Assembly: GCF_009914755.1 (NCBI RefSeq)
Contig: NC_060929.1
DNA: 64,000 nt
From: the human T2T-CHM13v2.0 reference genome, Homo sapiens
Reading direction: 5' to 3' (one strand)
In this document: one piece after another, positions 15,267 through 25,695 of the stretch
Position numbering within the stretch: position 1 is the stretch's first letter
How the letters are laid out: the number at the start of each line of letters is the position of its first letter
Position numbers and translations under genes: made by a program
Notes under the pieces: model-generated
Told to the model about the DNA's origin: nothing
What the model saw: only the letters and a program-made list of their open reading frames with translations
Databases searched by the model: none

Positions 15267-15743
15267 CTGGTGGGTGGAAAGAAGGGCGCTCAGGACTGAA
15301 CACTCATCTCTGCATCTCTAACACTGGAACCAGGCAGCCACCTGGGCTCCAAAGGGAGGGTCTTTTCCTCAGGGTCTCTGGAGAAAAGGCCAGGTACCAG
15401 CGCAGGGGCCAGGACCTGCCCCTACCCTGAAACAGGACCCAATCCCGGCCAGGGTGGGGCCACCTGGCAAGGGATCTGGGGTGAAGGCTGCAGGGCTTCC
15501 CATCTGTGGGTGGGAGCCAAGAGGAGCACACATCAGGGAGGGTGACGGGGGCCGGAGGCAGCTGTCTGGGGCAGTGGGGTAGAGTGGGGTGGGCACGGCC
15601 AGGAAGCCAGAGAAAGGGAGAGAGGCGGGAGACATGGCATGGGCCCTGCCCTGGGCAGACGACTGGCATTTGGCTTGGCTTTAATGGGGCCTCTGTTATC
15701 TCCCAGGCCCAGCTCGGCCTTCCCCGACCAGCTGTGCTGTTGT

Positions 15744-17138
15744 CTGGGAGAGAGACAGGAGGTCAGTGGAAGGGCCAGGGCCCACGGGGGACTGACTGTG
15801 CCCCCCAGGGCTGGCAGTGGCTGCGCCCCACTCCCCATCTTCCCAGCACTCAGATGAAGCCCTGGGAGGCAGTGTGCCGACCACAGTTTTGGACACAGCC
15901 TTCCTTAGAGGGGTCGTTCCTTCCATGGGCAACAGATAGAAGAGTCGGACAACTGCCCGGCTAACCAGTGGGCGCCTTCTGCACCTGGCCCGTGCTCTGA
16001 GAGTTAGGCTTAGGGTTAAGCCACGTCCTGTCCCATTCCTCCCATCTGAGGCTCTGCCACAGCTGCCCACTGCCATAGGAGTGCCAGACGACTCCCAACC
16101 CCGCCACCAGAGCACAGGGCTCCAGCGTCCTCAGACAGTAGCAGCACCCCAGGGCCCTGGCTGAGGCCCCCCCAGAGCAATCGGAGCCCCCAGACCCTCA
16201 CAGCCAGCATGCAGATGCCACACCTGCCCACCGCTCACTGCAGGCTCTGTGTGTCTCAAAATCGCATGAAGGAAAACTCCCTGCAATCTCTGAAGTGACC
16301 TGATGATGCCGACTGCCACCCTTCGTTATTTCCCGAGGCCTCTGGGAGCAGCAGCCTGTCCAGTCAAGGTGCGCCATCGCTGGGGACCAGGCTCCAGCTC
16401 CCACCACTGCCTCTGCCAGTGCCCAGGCCGGCTCCTGGCTGTAGGGGGTTGCATCTCACTCTGAGTTAGACCAAACCCCTTGAGGACATGAGGATGTCTA
16501 CCTTAACAAACCCAGCCAGTCTGATGGACTTCCTTGGAAATAGGGGTTTCCGAGGGGAAATAATTAGGTTTTCCTTGACGGTGGGAGAGGAGGTGCCCCT
16601 GAGGGGTGGCCACGGCCTTTCATCCCTGTACCCAGCCCATGATGTGGCCCAAAGCAAGAGCCCGTGCGTCTGAGCTGGCTGGTGGGGGTGAGCACTTACT
16701 GCGCACCCACTGTGTGCCCAGAGCAGGGCTGGGCTCTCATAGCACAGCGGCGGCAGCACAGACCTTGCAGCCCTGTGGAGCTGTTATTCTAGTGTGGGAG
16801 GAAATGACCCAATTGTCTCGACGGTGGTCCTATCAAAGAAGTCGCATAGGGTGACCTGGATGAGTACTGTTGGGAGCAGAGGCCAGGGAAACTAGGCTCC
16901 ACGCTGGGTAATTGAAGTGGCCTGCTTCCTCTGCGGGGTAGGGGGCAGGGGGCCCATGGAAGGAACGACCCCTCTCAGGAAGGCTGTGTCCAAAACTGTG
17001 GTCGGCACACTGCCTCCCAGGGCTTCATCTGAGTGCTGGGAAGATGGGGAGTGGGGCGCAGCCACTGCCAGCCTTGAGGGGCACGGTCAGTCCCCTGTGG
17101 GCCCTGGCCCTTCCATGGACCTCCTGTCTCTCTCCCAG
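15744..17138. repeat. 187-bp inverted repeat (15744-15930 vs 16952-17138), spacer about 1.02 kb
   Basis: Hand alignment: 7 mismatches, no gaps (about 96%); near-identical peptides appear in opposite-strand ORFs 15696..16115 and 16917..17204. Confidence 0.95.
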
Positions 17139-17199
17139 GCAAAGCCAGAGTCCCACGAGTGGCTACACCTGCTGTTTCGTCTCCTCACCCCCACTCACT

Positions 17200-18325
17200 C
17201 CTGAATCACTTCACCTGGCTGCCACTCCCATCAGTCAATTCGTTGGGCCCTCCTGTCACCAAAGCCAGTGGCCGTTTCTCAGGCTGCGTCTTCCTTGGCC
17301 ACCTCCGCCTCAGCCTCCTGGTTGCTCCTGCCTTGGGCTGTCTGCAGGCTTGCCTGTGTTCACTGTCGTGAGATGCTGGGGTTCGGGGTTCTTCCTGCTC
17401 TGTCTAGGCCTCTCTTCTCACTCTTACTTAGCTCCTGGCTGTTCTGCTTCACACCTGCAGTCTCCCTCTGATCTCCAGAGTCATATGGGCGGCGGTCCGT
17501 CATATGGCCCATGGTCCTCTGTTTGCCCAGCACAGCAAATGGAGGTCGACTCTCCTTGTCCAAAGCTGGTATTCCCAGTGTTGGTGGATAGCGCGTCGGC
17601 CACCAGACACACAGGCTTGGTGCCATCCTCGACCCCGCCCTCTCCCTCATGCCCCTCTAGGCCATCACCACCCCTCTCTAGTTCATTTTCTTCTATTTCT
17701 GCGCATCCCACCACTGTCTCTGGAGGCCAGGCCACTGTCATCTCTCTGCTGCACTGGCCTTCTTAATGCCCCCAATGCATCCACGCCGGTTTCTCTCCAC
17801 CCTGCAGCCACAGAGGTCTGTTCAAAATGCAAATCTGATCACTGCCTCCCTGTTCCTGAAAATGCCTCCATGGCTTGTGCAAAGATAGGAGCCCTGGCGT
17901 GACTCTGAGGCTCCGAGGTCAGCTCTGGCCAGGCTTGGTGGCCTCTATGCGCCCTTGCTCCCCTTCTGTGCTCTGGACACAGGTCACTCCTCCGCCCCTT
18001 TGACTCCTTCCCACCCTCCCCATGTCCCCACTCCCCATGTCCCCGGCAGGATCTGGACAGCTTTCTCCCTTCTGGCACGTTCTCCTCATCCACTGGACCG
18101 AAGCTCAAGTGCTGTTTCCCCAGATGGGCCATTGGTGTTCAGTGCTGTGAGCCCTTCTGCCACACCACTTTTAGAGCTGTCAGGGAAATGATTCTGTTCA
18201 CGTGCATCTCCTCTCCCTGGACCACAAGCTCCACACAGCCAACTGCGGGCTGCCCTGTGTTCATGAAGGGCCGTAGCTGGCTCACAGGAGGTGTCCACCA
18301 GCGTCTGCTGAATGCGTGGATAAAC
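17200..18325 (+). mobile_element. Degraded L2 3' region
   Basis: AAAATGCAAATCTGATCACTGCCTCCCTG and terminal CTGCTGAATGCGTGGAT are L2-like. Confidence 0.55.
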
Positions 18326-19343
18326 ACCGCCTTCACCTGCTGACAGTCAGACGCTCTCTCCAGCAGGGTGTCAGGGCGGACTGCAGGCCCGTGCCAAAAT
18401 CAAGGCTGCAGGGTGTCTGTGCCTACCCCTTGATAGGGCCACGAGATTGCCTTATTTTTTAAAAACACAGATACTTTAGCAAGATTTGTTACTGTTGAAT
18501 GAACCAATATTCATTCCAAATAATCATCCTTTCCTGCTTGCTAATTTATTTCGATTTTTCCAGTGATGTTAGGTTCTAGCTTGTTTGTTCTTTCCTGACT
18601 CTTCTATGCCCCCTCTGAGTGTGGTTATGCTATCTGCCCTGCTCCTTGGCCTCCTCTCATTTTCTCACTGATTTCTCCACACTCGTGGATAGGAGCTTGG
18701 AGATCTCGCTGGTAGATAAGGGCAGGGCCAGAGACCTGAACCACCGAGCATGTCAAGGCATCCCCTCGTCACTATCGTGGGTCCACGTTTATGAAGCACC
18801 AGGCCGTGCTGGGGTGGAGCAGCACTTTGCCCCTCCTGCCTCGGGCTGAAGCCCTCTCTCCGCACTGATCATAGTTGGGAGGCTGCCCGGGAGGCTGGGT
18901 GGTCTGGAGCCACGTTTCCTTCTATTTCCACAAGCCATCTGCTGCGTGCATAGAGCCGGGTGTGAATGCGGAGTCGTCCGACGGTGGCCTGGGCGGCAGC
19001 CACGGCTCTCCAGGTGCCTCCAAGCTCTCTTGGACTGGGCATTTCACAGCTGGAACCCCTGTCCCTGACCAGGTGAGGCTAGATGAGCACTGGCCTTTGT
19101 TCTCTGAAATTCTAGGAGACTCCCTCCTGAGCCAGCCTAGGGCTGATGTCCTCCTGCCTACTGAATAACAGGCAGAGGTGGCAGAAAGCCGACGCAGGAG
19201 CTCGTGAGGCTCCTAGGGGTCTGCTCCCTCCATTGGTTTGTCCTCTATGTCAGCTTTCTGCCACCTCTGCCACAGAGGGAGCCTCACAGGGCAGTGGTCA
19301 GTTCCCCAGACAGTCCGTGTGGGCGAGTTAGAAAGCAAGACCA

Positions 19344-19643
19344 GGCCGGGCGCGGTGGCTCATGCCTGTAATCCCAGCACTTTGGGAGGCCGAGGCGGGC
19401 AGATCACGAGGTCAGGAGTTCGAGACAAGCCTGGCCAACATAGTGAAACCCTGTCTCTACTAAAAACACAAAAATTAGCTGGGCGTGGTGGCGCACGCCT
19501 GTAATCCCAGCTACTCAGAAGGCTGAGGTAGGAGAATTGCTTGAACCCAGGAGGTGGTGGTGGCAGTGAGCCAAATCACGCCACTGTACTCCAGCCTGGG
19601 TGACAGAGAGAGACTCCGTCTCAGAAAAAAAAAAAAAAAAAAA
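19344..19643 (+). mobile_element. AluSg/Sc-like with TSD AAAGCAAGACCA
   Basis: Alu consensus; perfect 12-bp TSD. Confidence 0.93.
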
Positions 19644-20529
19644 GCAAGACCAGTCCTCGGAGAGGGGCTGCCTGTTGAGTCGGCCTCCTCTGTGGCCGGC
19701 CCAGTGGGTATGGCCAGAGCACTGGGGTCCTCCCTGGCTCCCTGAGCCTCCTTCAGCCTTGGCACTGGCCTCCCTGAGCTCTAACTACTGCGTCCAACCT
19801 ACCGGGAGCCCCACAAAGGCTGGGCTGCCATGACACTCCTCTGGGTCTGCTGCCTAGCACAGGGTGGCCCGATGCTGGGAAGGCTTCCCGGGACTCCCCA
19901 GAACCACGGTCATGGAGAATGGCCTCCTCAGTCCCTCTCCAGTGCTGCTCCAGCTGCCGAGAGCTGGTGTGGAGCACAGCGACGACATGGGAGTGGGCGG
20001 GGGAAAGAGGAAGGTGCCACCTTTCACTGTCACTCTGATGGGGAGCCCACTGCTGTCTCCTCTGCAGCCCTGAGCTCTGTGGTTCCCTCACAGCCCTGTG
20101 AGGGAAGAATGATCACCCTCCCTTTTACAGAAAGACACGGCCCAGAGAGATTAAGTAACTTGCCCAAAGACACACAGCTCTGAAAAGACCCGTGCTCACC
20201 TCAATATCTTGCACACAGCACTTTCTATCATTTTATTCCACCCCACCCTTGTGTGAGAAATCTTTCAAAAAGATAATGCCGAAATATTTTGGAAGCAAAG
20301 CCTATGTCTATGGTTTGCTTACAGCTAACTTGTGGGAAAGCAAAATGTGTGTGAGGACAGGACAAACCAGTTCGGCAAAATATTGTTGGAGTTGGGTGAT
20401 GAGGACAGAGGAGTGCATGGTAACCATTCTTCACTTTTGTATGTTTGAAATGTTTCACAAGGAAAGTTCTGTAAAACTTAAGAAACAGCGCTCCTATGCC
20501 TGATTTGGGGAAGCATCTGTTCTCCTCAC

Positions 20530-20725
20530 AGCCCTCATTTAGTGAGTGCTGAAGCAAGCACACACCTGACTTCAGGGACTCCCCGCTGCAAAGCTGTGTG
20601 GTGGGGACAGGTATTATCCTGTTTTACCGATAGGGAAACTGGCTCAGAGAGGCAAAGCACCTTGCTTGAGGTCACGCAGCTGTGGTTTCCCAGTCCGGAT
20701 CTGGGTGGGCTCAAGCTGGGTCCCA
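20530..20725 (-). mobile_element. MIR fragment (another at about 20070-20180)
   Basis: TATTATCCTGTTTTACCGATAGGGAAACTGGCTCAGAGAGG. Confidence 0.7.
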
Positions 20726-21498
20726 GGCCCTGCCTCATCAGTCTGCTCCAGGGCTCTTCCATCCCAAACCATTCTGCGCCAGGAGGGGAACAACCCACAG
20801 TCCACAGCAGCGCCCAGTGAGGAGAGGCAGTGCCCAGAGAAGGCCCTCTTTGGGGTGCATGCTTTTTTGTGGAAGGGCAACTTGAGGTCACCAGAGACAT
20901 GGGGAAGCACTACTGGCCGGGGCCTAGGTTGGGACTGGGGAACTCCTATTCCAGTCCACACTACACAGCCTGGTGACAGACCTGTGCGTTCTCCAGGTGG
21001 ATAGGTGCTACTAGTTTCCCGAGGGGAACCAGGCCAGGGCTTACCCCAGCCCCACCACCAAGACATGGCTCCAACATCGGGCAGGACAAATCTGCCTGGT
21101 CATAGGACAGACCTCACTGCTGACCCTTGGTGGTCAAAGAGAACAAAACAGGAGACTGGGGTCTCACCCCCTGTAGACCATCCACCCAGCACCCACCATC
21201 CCCACACTCACCTCTTCTCCAGCCACGTGCTACCACCCACCTCCCCTTTTATACAGTGACCCACCCCAGATCCATCAGTTCACTCCTCTCCCCTTCCTTC
21301 CTTCTAACATCTGCCCACTCACAAATCCACTTGCCTACCCATCGGTCCACCATTCACTTTCACTCATCCATCCCCATCCACCTGTCCCCATCTCTTCACC
21401 CAGCTGCTATCACCCACCTCTTTTACAGTGACCCCCAACCCCCCAACAGAACTGTCAATTCACGCATCTACCCTTGCTTCCTCCTTTCTAACATTCAC

Positions 21499-22500
21499 CC
21501 ATCCACCCACCCACCCATCCACCTTCCCCTCCATCTACTCACCCATCCACCCACCCACCCATCCACCTTCCCCTCCATCTACTCACCCATCCACCCACCC
21601 ACCCATCCACCTTCCCCTCCATCTACTCACCCATCCACCCACCCACCCATCCACCTTCCCCTCCATCTACTCACCCATCCACCCACCCACCCATCCACCT
21701 TCCCCTCCATCTACTCACCCATCCACCCACCCACCCATCCACCTTTCCCTCCATCTACTCACCCATCCACCCACCCACCCATCCACCTTTCCCTCCATCT
21801 ACTCACCCATCCACCCACCCACCCATCCACCTTCCCCTCCATCTACTCACCCATCCACCCACCCACCCATCCACCTTCCCCTCCATCTATTCACCCATCC
21901 ACCCACCCACCCATCCACCTTTCCCTCCATCTACTCACCCATCCACCCACCCACCCATCCACCTTTCCCTCCATCTACTCACCCATCCACCCACCCACCC
22001 ATCCACCTTCCCCTCCATCTACTCACCCATCCACCCACCCACCCATCCACCTTCCCCTCCATCTACTCACCCATCCACCCACCCACCCATCCACCTTCCC
22101 CTCCATCTACTCACCCATCCACCCACCCACCCATCCACCTTCCCCTCCATCTACTCACCCATCCACCCACCCACCCATCCACCTTCCCCTCCATCTACTC
22201 ACCCATCCACCCACCCACCCATCCACCTTCCCCTCCATTTATTCAACCTCCCACCCACCAACCCATCCACCTTCCCCTCTATCTATTCAACTATTCAACC
22301 ACCCACCCACCCACCCACCATCCATCCACCTTCCGCTCCACCTATTCACCCATCCACCCACCCACCCATCTACCTTTCTCTCCACCTATTCACCCATCCA
22401 CCCACCCACCCATCTACCTTCCTCTCCATCTATTCAACTATCCACCCACCCACCCACCTATCCACTTTCCCCTCCATCTATTCAAACATCCACCCACCCA
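21499..22500. repeat. 44-bp minisatellite CCATCCACCCACCCACCCATCCACCTTCCCCTCCATCTACTCAC, about 17 near-perfect copies (to about 22240) plus degenerate flanks
   Basis: Unit read directly; 44-aa period in ORFs 21127..22626 and 21428..22921. Confidence 0.95.
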
Positions 22501-23889
22501 CCTGTCCACCCTTCCTACATTTCTCCCTCTCTTCTTTCCATTAATCTTTCCACATCCACTTACCCCATGCATCCACCTGCCTATCCGATTACCCAGTCAC
22601 CTATTCTTTCCCACATTCATCTATAAAAGTAGCCAAATGTCTTCCCAGCCGGTCAGCCAGCACCCCATCCCGTTTCCGCTGTCCCCACCCCCCCCCGTCC
22701 AATCATCAACTGTTCCCTGGCCCTGTTCTGTGCTGCATCCTAAGCCAAATGTCACAATCTCGAGATGGATTAGGGGATGCGGAGGAGGGAGAGGAGGCCA
22801 TGAGGAGCAGAACAGAGGAGGGGAGAAGTGTGGGGAGGAGGAAGAGGAAACCACTCTCACCTCACTGAGCCTCAGAACTTGCCTGCTCAGTTCTGAGTCA
22901 CTTGCCTGCTGTGTGAAGTGACCCCGGGCAGTGCCTCCCTCAGAGCCTGAGTGATGTCTGCTGTGGGCGTTTGGCTTCCTGTTGCCCAGCCTGTCTTGGC
23001 AGTTTTCCCTTGTCTCACACACAGCTCTTCTGCCATGTCCAGACCTACTCTGCGGCATGTCACCAGCTACCAGCTTGCCATGTTCCATTTCCTTCCAGGA
23101 CGGTCAACATGTGCCCCCGCCCACGTTTCCCCCTTCCAGGTAATGCTACACCAGTGCTGCCCACAGTGGCGCCCTGGGATGCTGATAAACTTGCCCCTTC
23201 TAAACACACCAGGAGACGTCTAGCTCCATAATCCTGGGAGGTGAAGATTTTTGTCCTCCTTTCGCCCATAAGGGAAGTGAGGCTTGGAGACCCTTCAGTG
23301 TTCTCCTCAGAGTAACACAGCTGGGAGAGCAAAGCAGGTGTGGGCCACAGCAGCACTTGATGCCCAGCACACCTAAGGCCTCCCAAGCCGCTGGGGTTCC
23401 TGAGGGCAAGGGCCGTGTTTACCTGGTGTGGTTTAACTGCAGGGGGAGGTCTTGTCCCCTCCTCTGCCCCTACCCTGAAGGTTTGCAGCTTACCCGTGGA
23501 GGCAGAGAGGATCTCAGGAAAATCTGTTTGGACAGATGTGGCCATTTTCCTTGCTACTGTTTTTTTGTTCATCCTGTAGACACTCTTCCCTGGCCCTGAT
23601 TTGCAGGTCCCTGCCTAGCAGCACTGACCACCAGCCCAGCCCTTCTTGCACCGGAAGTGGGGCAGGGGCAGGAGGGGGTAGGTCTCCGTGGCCAAGGCCC
23701 AGGACAGGGCTCTGCCAGCCCCGCCTAGTAGGTCAGAGGCCAACAGCCTGGCCACCTGGCCCCAAAAGCCCAGGAATGGGTCCCCCCTCACCCGCCATCT
23801 GATGCCATTGGTGAGAGCAGTCAGGGAGAGGTCACCAGACTCCGCGTTCCCTCCCAGCTCGGCAGTGCCTGATTCCTTGATAGGCCAGA

Positions 23890-24760
23890 AAGCGGCTGGA
23901 TTTGGACGGGCCGTGGTGTGCAGGGTGGGGAGATGAGGGCCCTGGGGTGCGGGCCGGGAACAGGCGCAGGCCTGGGACGGGAGGGACCCAGGGTGACGCG
24001 ATCCCCGCCCAGCTGCCCACCTCGTCACAGGGGGCGATGCGGCCCACGACGTCCTTAAGGTGCCCGATAGTCGACTCTTCCTGGAAGTCCCTTGGGAAGG
24101 TCTCGGTCCACTCGGCCAACAGCTGCAGCAGTTTGGGGCCGAACTTCCGGACCCGGGCCTACGGGCAAGCGAGGCGCACCGCGCTCGTGAGGGGCGCCGG
24201 GTGGGCACGTGAGCCTCACTGCGCGTCCTTGCGGGTCTGGCCGCCCGGGGCAGGCAGGGCCTCGTGCCCTCTCTGGGCCAGGGAGGAGGAGGGGGGTGCG
24301 ATCCTGCTCTGCGCCCACGGGGAGAGGAGGGGGGACGGACACATTTCTGGGCAGGGCCATCTCTTGCTCTGGCCTTTCTGCGGTTGACGGCTCCATCCTC
24401 CCTGGGGAGTCTTCGCGCTGCGGGGAGTGGGGAGTCCTCAGAGCAGGGGACCCTGCCCCAGGGGTGGGTCTAGGTCTGTGCCGACCAATCAGAGCAGGCA
24501 TACGCCATCGTGCACAGTGATTGGCTCACAGGTGGCCACGTGACCTAGGATACGCCAATGAGGAGACTCACTGGGCCAGTAGAGAAAAGGAATTGAGGCT
24601 TCCACGTGACCGGAAAGGGTGGTAGGTGAGCCTGGTGCGGTGGAGGCGGCCAAGCGCCACACCAGCCAGCCCGAGGGAGGCCAGCCCCGGGAAGCGGCAG
24701 CAGAGGGCGGGAGGGAGACAGGCCACGGTGCAGTGCTGTGGTGTGAGGCCCGAGCCAGCG
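23890..24760. promoter_or_regulatory. CpG-rich region around coding exon 3 with CCAAT/E-box cluster (24485-24610)
   Basis: CG-dense; CCAAT 24485, ATTGG 24520, CACGTGAC 24537, CCAAT 24555, CACGTGAC 24603. Confidence 0.55.
24021..24158 (-). CDS. RASGEF1C: RASGEF1C coding exon 3: ARVRKFGPKLLQLLAEWTETFPRDF...APCDE
   Basis: cgtAG acceptor, GAG|GTGGGC donor, 138 nt; REM-type W..FPRDF motif. Confidence 0.95.
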
Positions 24761-25232
24761 GTCCCTGAGATAGGGCAGGTACACGGGCCAGCTAAGTCCT
24801 TTTGGTTCAGGCGGGTTGAAGTTGGGTTTCTCCCACTAGCGGTAGAGCCCTACCGACGCGTGTGCAATAGAGGCAGCCCGCAGGACCCGGCCAGGACTGG
24901 GAAGGTGGAGCGGATGTGCTGGGGGAAGGAAGCCCACCAGAGGCAGCAGGCCCTCCCGGCCACAGATGGGTCCTACTGACCGGGCTCCGGATACTCAGGT
25001 CTGGGCTTAATGGGCTCAAGGGTTCCCGTCGGGCACTGGAAAACTACATGGAGGTTAAAGGTCCTGTTCTGCTCCTTCTGGCTCTGGGCCTCAGACAAGG
25101 TGGAAACACCCGGTAGCCACCTTGTCAGGAAAACGGGGACAATCATTGCCTCCCCGAGAGGCTGATGCGTTGAGGGCATGGCAGGGCAGTGCTGGTACAC
25201 TCTGAGACCCCCTGGCCTGCCCTCCGCCTCAC

Positions 25233-25355
25233 CTTGTCCAGCACCGGCTTGTCCAGCTGCTGCTGCTCGATGCACAGGTGGCAGACCCGGGCCAGGAGCT
25301 CCCGGGGCTCGATGAAGAGGCGAGAGCTCAGCAGGAAGGTGAAGATGTAGGCTTT
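25233..25355 (-). CDS. RASGEF1C: RASGEF1C coding exon 2: KAYIFTFLLSSRLFIEPRELL...KPVLDK (REM domain)
   Basis: cccAG acceptor, AAG|GTGAGG donor, 123 nt, in frame with neighbours. Confidence 0.95.
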
Positions 25356-25518
25356 CTGGGGGACACACGAGAAAGAGGGCACAGGCTCAGGAGGGCACCA
25401 GGAGGGGCATGCTTCCCAGCTGGCCCTGTACCCTGGCCCAAGGTCACGCCCAACCCTGATGCCCCCCGTGCGTGGTGGAGGAGAGCCCACTCTCCTGCCC
25501 GCTGGGTGGATCACCCAC

Positions 25519-25695
25519 CTCGGGGTAGTAGTCGGCTGTGGGCACCAGGTGCTGGATCAGTGTTTCCAGGGAGGCTGAGGATGGCGCTCCATCCAGGAGG
25601 GGCTGCCCAGCCTGTTCGCCATCTGTGGGCTCGGTGGGGGGTGGGCTGAGGCTGCCTGGGGTGACCATGTCGGAGGCACTCAGCGTCTGTGGCAT
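25519..25695 (-). CDS. RASGEF1C: RASGEF1C coding exon 1 (ATG at 25695; exon starts 25701 after ttgcAG); MPQTLSASDMV...ADYYPE, 59 codons
   Basis: Translation matches the RASGEF1C N-terminus/REM start; AG at 25702-3, GT donor (GAG|GTGGGT) at 25517-8; 177 nt, phase 0. Confidence 0.95.

Noticed and set aside
21499-22240. Regular repeat arrays as possible CRISPR (also 1-580)
   Set aside because: Head-to-tail units with no unique spacers, no cas genes, and a primate context.
21127-22921. 499- and 497-aa P/H/T/S-rich ORFs, the longest in the window
   Set aside because: Artefact of the 44-bp VNTR, which lacks stops; no independent coding evidence.
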